Shown here in pieces: positions 52,401 to 64,000 of a stretch of 64,000 nt of DNA. A program made the position numbers and the translations under genes. Each line of letters opens with the position of its first letter. Position 1 is the first letter of the stretch. Below the pieces are notes generated by a model. It worked only from the letters and a program-made list of their open reading frames with translations. It was not told the origin of the DNA and ran no database searches. This DNA is from Narcine bancroftii (Eukaryota): positions 206,522,001 to 206,586,000 of the forward strand of contig NC_091473.1 of the NCBI RefSeq assembly GCF_036971445.1, read 5' to 3'.

Positions 52401-53625
52401 TTCCAGATAATTCAAAATTAAATTGTACACATCATAAACATGTAAACAAGTAAAATAACTCAAAATGTATATCGAACGTAAAGAATCTGACTGTGAGATA
52501 CAGGGAAAATGCACGAGTTCTTAAATGTCTATTTGCACTTGTCATTGAGGGGTCTGATGGCGGGGGGCTGGTGGAGCAGCTGTTCCTGAACATGGTGGTG
52601 CGAGTTTTGTGGCACCTGTCACTCATTCCTGATGGGATCAGCAAGAGCAGAGCGTGTTCTGGGTGGCGTTGGTCTTAGATGATTTCTGCTGAATTCTGAC
52701 GTGAGCATCCCCTGTAGATATACTCAATAGTGTGGTGAAATTTGACTATGACGTCGTGGGCTGCGTCCACTACCGTATGGAGACCTTAACTCTTAGGGTA
52801 TTGTGATCCCATACCTGGCCGTGATGCAGCCGTTCAGCATATTTTCTACCACACTTTTGTCGAAATGTTCGTGGGATTCTGGTGTCATACCAGACCTCTG
52901 AAAACTCATAGAGGTGCTGATGTGATTTCTTCCCAATGCCATTGGTGTGTTTGGTCCAGGAGTGTCTTCCGATATAATGACTGACTAGAGCCTAAATTGC
53001 TCGATCTCACCACCTATTACCTCCAATTATGACTGGGCTGTTTACATCTTGCATTCCTTTACTGAAATCAACATTCAACTCCTTTGGATAAGTGAGATTG
53101 AGTGTATGATTGTTGTTGTGAACCATCCGGCCATGCTTTCAATCTCCATCATATATGTTGACTCATTCCCATCCTTTATACCACCAATTACCGTGGTGAC
53201 CTCGGAAAATTCGTAAATGATATTATTGTCGTACCCAGGTAAACAGTCGTAGGTGTAAAGTGAGTAGAGCAGGAGACTACGAAAACAGCCTTTTGGTGTT
53301 TCGGTATTGATTAAGATTGTGGAAGATAAATTCTGGTCTGGAGGTGAGGAAATCCATGATGCAATTACACAGTTGGATTCGTGGAGTTTTCTCATCAACT
53401 TTGAGGAAAATATGGTACTAAATGCCGAATTGTACTCAATAACGAGCATCCATATGTATGCAATTTGCAGTCCATGTGTTCCAGGGCATTATGCAGATGG
53501 CATCCTACACAGACCTGTTTCTACAACAGTCGAACTGGAATGGATCCATATCACTGCTCTGACAGGAGCTGTAATGTTTCAGTAAAGTCCATTCAAACCA
53601 CTTCAGCACTGTTGATGTAAGTATT
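52400..53625 (-). mobile_element. Rex1/Babar LINE 3' portion
   Basis: EYNSAFSTI..INTETPKGCFRSLLLYSLYTYDC, and the C-terminal TRTTMFRNS motif. Confidence 0.78.
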
Positions 53626-54361
53626 AATCATAAGCACAGATAAAAGGCCAGCTCAGTTTGGTGCATTTGTGACAGAGTTAAAATGGGGTTTAATTATTTA
53701 TATGTTTTTAAATGTTATCTCAATGAGTTACTTGTATTTTCTGAAATTTTAATAATATTTCCGCGAGGAATATATTTGGCAATGCACATCTCTTGTGTAT
53801 CCCCTAAGCCCTTCCTTCCTGCCTCTCATATTGCTGTGGCCTTGCCAAGTCAAACTTCGGGATACGATTTCTACTGGGCTATTTTAAATATTTTCTTGGA
53901 AAGTGAATTTTTAATGTCATCAACCTTACTAAAATTCTTATGCTCCCCAGTTGGTCTATATTGTTTTAATCATAAATATAAGTTTAATGGATGTTTTTTA
54001 AACTCCCTGGTATTTTGACTCCATCTATGTGATCATTATAGCTTTGATTAAATTTCACAATTCAAGTTTTGTTAGTTTGCATCCTTAGAATAACCGTTGG
54101 GGGAGTTAAAAACCCAGAAGACTTTGATGGTGGTATTGTTTTGTCTTCTCAAGGCACAAAATTTATTTTTTTAAGGTATGATTTTAGTACTTTTTTTCCA
54201 TGTAGATTTAAACTCACCCAACAGGTGCCATTGCTATTACCTTCTTAATATAGTTCTTTTGCATATAATTTGAAAATATGTTTAAATCAAAAATATTTCC
54301 CTGAGCAATTGTTAATACCACACACATTGCTGTTTACTTGCTAAAGGTGCAAAGGGTGAAA

Positions 54362-54770
54362 ATGAATAAAACGCAGAAGACAATGATTGTTGTATTATTT
54401 TGTCTTCTAGGGGAGTGGATAAATGCTGGAAAACAACTCCATGAGTCCTCCCTAGTTCTGAGCCTTATAGAAGCCCATTACACATTATCAACTCTATCGT
54501 CAATATACCTCAAAATAAATTAAATTACTTTCAACCAGAAGTCTCATTTCTGAAAGGAGATATATTGTTTCAAATATGAATGGGGCATGAAAAGCAGATA
54601 CCTTCAATTGACATTCTACGTCTGCTTCACATATCTGGATCAAACAAGAAATATCGAAGACCCGTTTGCCCATTATGGAATTAATAAAAAGAAGGAAATG
54701 ATTACTTTGTGGATATTCAGCATTGACATAAAGGAGAGGTGTAGAGGGTGAGAGATCCGGGAAGGAATGG
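54362..54770 (+). pseudogene. Possible leader plus short Ig V-like relic
   Basis: Leader-like MNKTQKTMIVVLFCLLG (54362-54411) with a damaged donor, and an acceptor near 54538. Then TFN*HSTSASHIWIKQ..MELIKRRK / ITLWIFSIDIKE. A perfect CACAGTG lies further downstream at 54892. Confidence 0.3.
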
Positions 54771-55348
54771 CGCATTCTTTCCTATGGCTATTGGGTTCAC
54801 AGAAGAATATTATGTTTGATGAGAACGCACAAATAAATGCCCACTCATTCCAGACGTTCCCATATAATTATTACCTAAGACTGTAGTGTTGCACAGTGGG
54901 TAAGAGAAATAACTATGGCTAACATTTGATAATGTCAACGTGTTTATTCGAGAACGCATAGGTGGATCATATGCATCACGAATGCATTTGGTTTTCGATA
55001 ATTTCGGGACAGGTTGAACGATCAATATTTTATATTTTCAGAAACCATGGACACCTAGATGAAACAGGATTCCTGTAGCATAGTTATCTGTCGGAAGCCA
55101 CTGAGAAGGTGGAAATTCATCCCATTAAATTTGGAATGAAGAAACGAGATGTTTGATTTTTATTCAATTTTTTGTTGCATAAGTACAGCTGGATCAGCCG
55201 AGAAAGAATGAGGATGAGGCGATGGACAGTATGACTTAATCAACCTCCTCTAATTATATTCATGTATACACTTACAATTTCACCGCTCTACCAGAAAGTT
55301 TATTTTTTTACGCTCGTCTGCATGTACGTGCACACTCATGTGTACTTC

Positions 55349-55371
55349 TGTGTGTGTGTGTGTGTGCGCGC

Positions 55372-55404
<33 letters not shown>

Positions 55405-55431
55405 CACGCGTGTGTACGTGTGTGTGTGTGT
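55349..55431 (+). repeat. (TG)n microsatellite, imperfect
   Basis: Directly visible. Confidence 0.95.
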
Positions 55432-55622
55432 AGCACACAGGTGCACACACACAGATACATGCATACAGTCATATTAATTAATTTACATTCTTATGAATTG
55501 AAGTTAATGGGTATTTAAGCATATTGAGCAGCTCTACTCTGAACTTCTGCTGGATCTCTGTCTAAATAGCAATGTTTGTGCAGGAACTGAACAGCTTTAG
55601 AATATTTCCAATCTGTTGAAAG

Positions 55623-55850
55623 GACAATAGAGGATTGACCAAATTCCTGCGCAGATAAACAACACCGAATCCTCAACAACAAAGTGTGTTGGTGACCTAG
55701 TGAATGATAGAAGCGCCTGATATCGAAATAATGAAACAATGGATAATCTGTTGTTACCTATCCAATACCACCGGTCAGGTTCCGAGGTTCTTGTAAACTC
55801 TATCAGCAAATAAAATGCACCTGACTCTGAGTGCATTAAATGACAAAATT
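55623..55850 (+). pseudogene. Possible NAR-type Ig V domain relic
   Basis: RIDQIPAQINNTESSTTKCVGDLVNDRSA*YRNNE.. / VPRFL*TLSANKMHLTLSALND. This gives DQxP, Cys, (W)YR, RF and LTLSAL strand motifs; the final YxC is absent. Confidence 0.4.
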
Positions 55851-56494
55851 AAACAAATTGGAATCAATGAGGTTGCGAGCTGTTCTATGCAGGAACTAAA
55901 TATTTGGAGTTATAGAGCAGCCCATGGGAAGAATTCCAAGTTTCCCAGTGACTTTAACATACGGAAAACCCAAAGGAAAGTTTTTTTTTTTGTCGTCCCG
56001 ATGCCATACATGGCGGCTTTGTTAGTGCAGTGTTTGGTTTTCACATTCTGAGTGGTAATAGTCACAAACCATCAAAGCTGAAAGTGGCCTTTAACCAAAC
56101 AGAGCATTCGATGGTCGCGGGAGTGAAGAAGAGAATGAACCTGCACACTTCATGGTAGCGTAGAAAAGAGTTAAACCAACAAATATTGACAACTTGGTTC
56201 AGTATTACCACGCAGCAATCAAGAAGTCTGCCATCGCCATGTCCTAGAGGTAAAATGTGATGCATTTAGAGAGACCACACTTTTTTTGTGACAGAATTAC
56301 AATTGTCATTGAGGACGTTGGCTGAACTGTAGAAAGAACTCGGGGCTAGTATAGTGTAGTTGTGCTTTGTAACATAATAGCAAAAGGCTGACACACAAAA
56401 TATGTCTGAAAGCAATGAAGGTCGCAGCTTCTGAAAGAAGAATAGAGCATGTTTTTATATGCACCTCCACTGATTAGAACCCTGAGAATTTGCT

Positions 56495-59400
56495 TTTTCT
56501 TTCTTTTTCAATCTTTTTATTATTATTATAATTTATAAACACATACAGTTCAAGAGATATAAAAAAAATACATAGTAAGTAATGAATTAATACAGAGATA
56601 TTAAACAATAATATTACAGAATAAAAATATATCATAAAAAGAAATTTTGATCAGTTTAGGGTGTGAACTATCTCTAAAGAAAAGATATAATTAATAACAA
56701 TATATGAAAAAAGAGAAAAAAAACCCAAAAAAGAAGAAAAAACAAATCTGAATTTAAAAAAAACTTTAAAAAAAACTTTAAAAAAAAACGTACAGATATA
56801 GCTAAACCACGCCGATCACTCTGATCTCATCTTACAGCCCAATTATCATACATAATCATAGAAAGAAAACAGAGCCAGATCAACTCACCACAAATGAAAA
56901 TATTGAATAAATGGTCGCCAGGTTAACTCAAACTTAGAAGGGGATTCATAGACAGAGTTTCTAATTTTCTCTAAATTTAAACATAGTATGGTTTGGGTAA
57001 ACCATTGGAAAACCGTTGGAGGATTTACCTCTTTCCAATTTAATAGTATAGATCTTCTAGCCATTAGTGTAAGAAAAGCAATCATACGATCCGCAGGAAG
57101 AGATAAATAAGTCAAATCTATCATAGGTAATCCAAAAATTGCAGTAATGGGATGTGGTTGTAAATCAATATTCAAAACAGTAGATATAATGGAAAAAATT
57201 TCCTTCCAATAATTCTGTAAAGAGGGACAGGACCAAAACATATGTGTAAGGGAAGCTATTTCCAATTGACATTTATCACATATAGGATCGATATGAGAAT
57301 AAAAGCGATGGAGTTTATCTTTAGACATGTGAGCTCTATGAACAACTTTAAACTGTATTAGTGAATGTTTTGCACATAGAGAAGAAGAGTTTACCAGTCA
57401 CAGAATTTTATTCCAATTTTCATTAGAAATATGAAGGTTGAATTCTCTTTCACAATCATTTTTAAACTTTTCAAAAGTCCCAGAATTTATTTTTGTAATG
57501 ATATTATATAATTTAGATATCACACCTTTTGGAGGGAATTTTGAATATAGTATATCCTCTAAAACAGTCGTAGTCTCCCGATTGGGAAAAGAGGGTAAAG
57601 TCGAAACTAAGAAACTCCTAATCTGCAAATATCGAAAGAAATGAGATCGAGGTAAATGTTAATTGGATGGATAATTGTTCAAATGACATGAAAGAGTTAT
57701 CCAAGAATAAATCCGAAAAGCATGTTATACCTTTAACTTTCCAGAGTAAATAAGCTTGATCAATTAGAGAGGGATGAAAAAGGAAATTTAGTACAATAGG
57801 AGTTTCCAAGATAAAATGACTTAGGCCAAAAAATCTCCGGAATTGAAACCATATACGTAGTGTATGTTTAGCCATTGGATTATCAATTTGTTTATATAAT
57901 TTAGTAAGAGTAAAAAGGAGAGCAGCTCCCAAAATAGAGCTAATTGAAAAATTTTGTATAGGTTTAATTTCTAAATTTACCCAATGGGGATTTAGAGATA
58001 ATTCTGAATAATTCAACCAATACCTTAAGTAACTAATATTACTTGCCCAGTAATAAATTCTAAAGTTGGGTAATGCCAACCCTCCCTCTAGTTTAGATTT
58101 CTGTAAATATTTTTTCCCCAATCTAGGATTCTTGTTTTGCCAGATATACGAGGACAATTTAGAATCGACCTTATCAAAAAAAGATTTAGGAACAAAAATA
58201 GGTATAGCTTGAAATATATATAAAAATTTAGGTAAGATCATCATCTTAATAGCATTAATTCGGCCTATCATGGATAGGGATAATGGTGACCAATTGGTAA
58301 GTAAACTGCCGATCAGGTCCAATAGAGGGAAAAAATTAGTCCTAAACAAATCTTTATGTTTTTTAGTAATCTTATTCCCTAAATATATAAAATGGTCTCT
58401 AGCTATTTTAAAAGGTAAACTATCATAAATAGGGACCCATCCATTAAAAGGGAATAATTCACTTTTATTTAAATTCAGTTTATATCCCGAAAAATTACTA
58501 AATTGGGCTAATAAAGAGAAAACTGCAGGAATAGAATTTTCAGGATTGGAAATATATAACAATAAATCATCTGCATATAGTGATACTTTATGAATATCCC
58601 TGCAATAATACCAGTAATATTGGGTGCTTCTCTGATAGCAATTGCCAAAGGTTCTAAAGCTAAGTTAAATAATAAAGGGCTAAGGGGCACCCTTGCCTGG
58701 TGCCCCGAAATAATCGAAAATATGGCGATTTTTGGGTATTAGTAAAAACCGAGGCAACTGGGGAATTATAAAGAAGTTTATTCCAAGATATAAATATCGG
58801 ACTAAAATTAAATTTTTCAAGAACTGTAAATAAATAAGGCCATTCTACTCTATCGAAGGCCTTCTCAGCATCTAGTGAAATAACACATTCTGAAGACTTA
58901 TGTGAAGGAGTGTAAATAATATTCATCAATCTTCTAATATTAAAGGAGGAATAACGATTTTTAATGAATCCAGTCTGGTCTTCAGAGATAATATATGGTA
59001 TTATCTTCTCTAGCCTTGTCGCTAGAATTTTAGAGAAGATCTTAGAATCAACATTCAACAAAGAAATAGGTCTATAAGAAGAACATTCGGTCGGGTCTTT
59101 ATTTTTTTCAAGATTAGAGAAATCGTAGCTCTGTAAAATGATTGTGGTAGTTTACCCAATGTGATAGATTCATCAAACATCTTAATCAGCCAGGGAGAGA
59201 GAGTAGAAGAAAAAGCTTTATAAAATTCCACAGAATATCCATCGGGACCTGGTGCTTTCCCCGAGTTCAGTGAGAAAATAGTATTATTGATCTCCGAATC
59301 TGTAATGGGTTTACTTAATTCTAAGTTATCTTGAGGTAATACTTCTGGGAATTTCAAATGTTCTAAAAAATTAAACATATTACTAAGGTCTTGAGGGGAT

Positions 59401-61260
59401 TCTGTACTATATAAGGATGTATAAAAATTTTGGAAAGATTGATTTATCTCTTCCTGGCTAACAGTCAGTTCTCCATTCTGTTTGCGAATCTCCACAATTT
59501 GGCGTCTAGCTGAAATATTCTTCAGATGATTAGCCAACAGTTTACCCGATTTCTCACTATGCACATAAAAATCAGATTTAGATCTAATTAGCTGGTTTTC
59601 AATCGAAGATGTAAGTAACAAATTATATTCCATCTGCAGTTCAATTCTTTGTTTGTAAAGTTCTTCAGTAGGATCAGTCACATATTTCTTATCAATGTCT
59701 TTAATCTTCTCAACCAATAGATGAATCTTGTTTTTGATGCATTTCTTCAAAGCTACTGAGTAAGAAATAATTTGACCACGAATATAAGCCTTTGAATGTA
59801 TCCCACAATATTTCATAAGAAATTTCCGTAGTGTAATTTGTTGAAAAGAAAAAGTTAATTTGTTCTTTCATAAATTTAACAAAGTCTAAATCTTGCAATA
59901 ATGTAACATCAAAACGCCACTGCTTAATAGTAGAAACAGAGTCTTTGAATTTAAGAGAGAGTTGTAATGGAGAGTGATCCGAAATGGCTATAATGTCATA
60001 CTTACAAGCAGTTACAAGTGGAATAAAACGTGAATCAATAAAAAAGTAATCAATTCTCGAGTATGAATGGTATACATGAGAAAAAAAGGAAAACTCTTTA
60101 TCTGTCGGGTGAAGAAATCTCCAAATATCAACAGCTCCAGAGTTAGTAAGGAAAGAGTTAATATATGTAGCCGATTTATTCGGTAGGAGCTGTGAAGGTT
60201 TCGACCTATCTAGCAGGGGATTCAGACGACAGTTAGAATCCCCACCCATTATTAAATGATATTCATTTAGATTGGGTAAAATAGTAAACAAAGATCTAAA
60301 AAACTCAGGGTGATCTACATTCGGGGCATAAACATTAACCATGACAACCTTAATATTGAATAATAACCCAGTAACAAATAAAAATCTGCCGTTAGGGTCT
60401 ACAGTGATGTCATGTTGAACAAATGTAATAGAGGGATCAATAAAAATAGATACACCTCGAGTCTTAGAGCATGAGTTGGCATGAAATTGTGGGCCTTTCC
60501 AAGATTTAAAAAAACGCAGATTATCCTCCTTCCTCACATGAGTCTCCTGTAAAAAAATAATCTGTGCTTTCAGTCTCTGGAATACTTTAAAGACCTTCCT
60601 CCTTTTAAACATGTTGTTTAGACCATTAGCATTCCAAGAGACAAAATTAATGTTTTGATCCATTACTTAGGTCAACCCTCCAGTATATAAAGGGTTAACC
60701 AAAGCAGGGACCCATGCGCCCGGAAGAAGAATTAAGATATAAGGAAGGACCGGAAATGACGACGTGTCAGCCATATCTGTAGTTCTAAAAGAAAAATCAA
60801 GAAAAAACAAAAGAAAATGAAACATAAGAACCCCAGAAGGAAAAACAAAACCCACCCCCCACCCACAAAGCCCCCCATCTGACCAGAGAGTGATCAGAGA
60901 AAAAAGAAAAGATAGTACTAAACCTACCCCCATGTCTTCAGATGGCAGCTCCTAATATTAAGATAAGATAAACCACCTAAACTTATATAAGGGATAACTC
61001 AAGCTAAAATCAAATACTAAATATTGAAAGAAAAATATTTAAAAAGAAATAAAACAAAAATCGTAATTGTGTAGAACAATTGTAAAACAAAGTCATAAAG
61101 AGTTAAATCATTTTAAAATTAGTTTATGAAGAAAGAAAAAGAGAAAATGGCGAATGTAAAAAAAAACCATGAAAAGTTTTAATAAACAAAAGATAAAAAA
61201 TCGCCATTTTCAGTAATTCAGAAATAAAATAGTAAAGAATATAATCCTATTATTAGTATA
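56495..61260 (-). mobile_element. L1-clade LINE with nearly complete ORF2 (60663-56885, several frameshifts); ORF1 absent
   Basis: Consecutive ORFs give EN (VSWNANGLN, FLQETH, YSRID, SDHSP), KAPGPDG, RT ([20 protein letters not shown]) and C-terminal CDKC..HMFWSC, with an A-rich tail. Confidence 0.95.
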
Positions 61261-61262
61261 GA

Positions 61263-61684
61263 TTCTTCTTCTTTGGCTTGGCTTCGCGGACGAAGATTTA
61301 TGGAGGGGGTAAAAAGTCCACGTCAGCTGCAGGCTCGTTTGTGGCTGACAAGTCCGATGCGGGACAGGCAGACATGGTTGCAGCGGTTGCAGGGGAAAAT
61401 TGGTTGGTTGGGGTTGGGTGTTGGGTTTTTCCTCCTTTGCCTTTTGTCAGTGAGGTGGGCTCTGCGGTCTTCTTCAAAGGAGGTTGCTGCCCGCCAAACT
61501 GTGAGGCGCCAAGATGCACGGTTTGAGGCGTTATCAGCCCACTGGCGGTGGTCAATGTGGCAGGCACCAAGAGATTTCTTTAGGCAGTCCTTGTACCTTT
61601 TCTTTGGTGCACCTCTGTCACGGTGGCCAGTGGAGAGCTCGCCATATAACACGATCTTGGGAAGGCGATGGTCCTCCATTCTGG
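61263..61684 (-). mobile_element. RTE LINE 3' fragment
   Basis: ORF 61323-61679 is nearly identical to the C-termini of the other two copies and has a (GAA)n tail. Confidence 0.93.
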
Positions 61685-61727
61685 AGGAGAATTTTTTTTA
61701 AAAAAATATATAAGTGTATGTTTAATT

Positions 61728-63282
61728 TTCTCCATTGCAAGCCAAATCTTCGCTAGGATTCTACTAAATAGAATAATACCTAGTGTCGCCGAGAATATTC
61801 TCCCAGAATCACAGTGCGGCTTTCGCGCAAACAGAGGAACTACTGACATGGTCTTTGCCCTCAGACAGCTCCAAGAAAAGTGCAGAGAACAAAACAAAGG
61901 ACTCTACATCACCTTTGTTGACCTCACCAAAGCCTTCGACACCGTGAGCAGGAAAGGGCTTTGGCAAATACTAGAGCGGATCGGATGTCCCCCAAAGTTC
62001 CTCAACATGATTATCCAATTGCACGAAAACCAACAAGGTCGGGTCATATACAGCAATGAGCTCTCTGAACCCTTCTCCATTAACAATGGCGTGAAGCAAG
62101 GCTGTGTTCTCGCACCAACCATCTTTTCAATCTTCTTCAGCATGATGCTGAACCAAGCCATGAAAGACCCCAACAATGAAGACGCTGTTTACATCCGGTA
62201 CCGCACGGATGGCAGTCTCTTCAATCTGAGGCGCCTGCAAGCTCACATCAAGACACAAGAGAAACTTGTCCGTGAACTACTCTTTGCAGACGAGGCCGCT
62301 TTAGTTGCCCATTCAGAGCCAGCTCTTCAGCGCTTGACATCCTGCTTTGCGGAAACTGCCAAAATGTTTGGCCTGGAAGTCAGCCTGAAGAAAACTGAGG
62401 TCCTCCATCAGCCAGCTCCCCACCATGACTACCAGCCCCCCCCACCCCACATCTCCATCGGGCACACAAAACTCAAAACGGTCAACCAGTTTACCTATCT
62501 CAGCTGCACCATTTCATCAGATGCAAGGATCGACAATGAGATAGACAACAGACTCGCCAAGGCAAATAGCGCCTTTGGAAGACTACACAAAAGAGTCTGG
62601 AAAAACAACCAACTGAAAAACCTCACAAAGATAAGCGTATACAGAGCCGTTGTCATACACACACTCCTGTTCGGCTCCGAATCATGGGTCCTCTACCGGC
62701 ATCACCTATGGCTCCTAGAACGCTTCCACCAGCGTTGTCTCCACTCCATCCTCAACATCCATTGGAGCGCTTTCATCCCTAATGTCGAAGTACTCGAGAT
62801 GGCAGAGGTCGACAGCATCGAGTCCACGCTGCTGAAGATCCAGCTGCGCTGGGTGGGTCACGTCTCCAGAATGGAGGACCATCGCCATCCCAAGAGCATG
62901 TTATATGGCGAGCTCTCCACTGGCCACCGTGACAGAGGTGCACCAAAGAAAAGGTACAAGGACTGCCTAAAGAAATCTCTTGGTGCCTGCCACATTGACC
63001 ACCGCCAGTGGGCTGATATCGCCTCAAACCGTGGATCTTGGTGCCTCACAGTTTGGCGGGCTGCAACCTCCTTTGAAGAAGACCGCAGAGCCCACCTCAC
63101 TGACAAAAGGCAAAGGAGGAAAAACCCAACACCCAACCCCAACCAACCAATTTTCCCCTGCAGCCACTGCAACCGTGTCTGCCTGTCCCGCATCGGACTT
63201 GTCAGCCACAAACGAGCCTGCAGCTGACGTGGACTTTTTACCCCCTCCATAAATCTTCGTCCGCGAAACCAAGCCAAAGAGA
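61728..63282 (+). mobile_element. RTE LINE, 5'-truncated, with open RT-ZnF frame to 63227
   Basis: The 519-aa ORF (first ~20 aa from flank) is nearly identical to the 2141-4058 copy. The catalytic motif reads FADE instead of FADD. Confidence 0.95.
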
Positions 63283-63379
63283 GATTGAGTTTGATAATGA
63301 AGGATGGAGCAGAAATATTTAATAATAAGCTTGAGTGGAAGAAATGTTAGTCAATGATTATTATGAGTTTTGATCTCTT

Positions 63380-64000
63380 TTAGACCTCGATAAATTCAGG
63401 ATGCAGATGGTTCGGATGCTGTGCTTGCTGGCTGCATGATCGCGACCCTATTTGAAAGAAAAGGTTAGTGTGATGGAACAAGCAGAAACAATTTTGAAAC
63501 AGCAGACGAATGAGTGGTATAAATGGAAAAATTATACAGCCGCCTTAGTGAGAAGTTCAGATAGTTATGTTTCTGCTATGGCTAGTCCCCCATTAATGAA
63601 AATCACAGCCCTTTATAATAGCAAGACTTGCCAAGAGTGGATTTGCAACTCTGAGACATCGGGATTTTGCATGATCTATCAAGCTTCCAGATAATATAAC
63701 ATAACAAACCTAATGCGAGAATTTAGAAGGATGCATCATTGGGCTGCAGTAAAGGTTACCATTCCTACACAGAACACAATTCTCGCACCAGTGATAACGT
63801 TTGAGAGTTACTAAGAAATGGTATCGCTATCGCCACTGTCGGACACTTTACGAGTCTGAGTGCAACGATTTGTGATATTTCAGGGGGCAATGAGGAATGG
63901 AAAAAGTGAAATAAATCACGGGGAATGTACATGGCCACATCCTCCTTTTGATGTTTCGCAGTCCCAAGAGGAACCTTCAGCAGACTTGTGGTGGGATTGT
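63380..64000 (+). mobile_element. Decayed fish-type ERV envelope fragment, running off the window
   Basis: Hydrophobic signal-like MVRMLCLLAACMIA, NEWYKWKNYTAALVRSSDSYVSA (compare N.W..W..YTA..CYVCA) and terminal ADLWWDC. Confidence 0.55.

Noticed and set aside
55262-55477. Cys/Val-rich ORF
   Set aside because: Translation of a (TG)n microsatellite.
61668-63227. 519-aa ORF as an active or domesticated RT gene
   Set aside because: It is a 5'-truncated RTE lacking the endonuclease, its start derives from the flank and the catalytic motif is FADE.
1-64000. Prokaryotic systems, rRNA/tRNA genes, TCR constant-region exons
   Set aside because: None seen. tRNA similarity is limited to PBS and SINE fragments, and no C1-set exon was recognised.

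Overview
Eukaryotic, AT-rich, transposon-saturated DNA from a jawed vertebrate, most likely a cartilaginous fish (inferred from the style of the CR1, L1, Rex1, RTE and SINE elements and the V-segment sequence). Between the repeats lies part of a T-cell receptor alpha/delta-type V-segment array. It holds one apparently intact V gene (leader 43974-44019, V exon 44128-44434, 23-bp-spacer RSS 44435-44473), a paralogous V whose 3' half and RSS survive at 42927-43104, and further decayed V-like relics. Some of the relics may be remains of NAR-TCR-like V-D-J-Vdelta cassettes, at low confidence. Mobile elements include a Gmr1-like Gypsy remnant (INT before RT), a Trp-primed Gypsy, and a two-LTR epsilon-like endogenous retrovirus (15215-21804) whose pol carries a 2H-phosphoesterase-like insert. 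There are also three near-identical RTE LINE copies resembling AviRTE, nested L1/CR1/Rex1 LINEs, solo LTRs, a hAT remnant and a second ERV env relic. A 205-N assembly gap lies at 28770-28974. Most short ORFs in the track are antisense or shadow frames of repeats. All assignments come from reading motifs by eye; no searches were run, and repeat boundaries are approximate.
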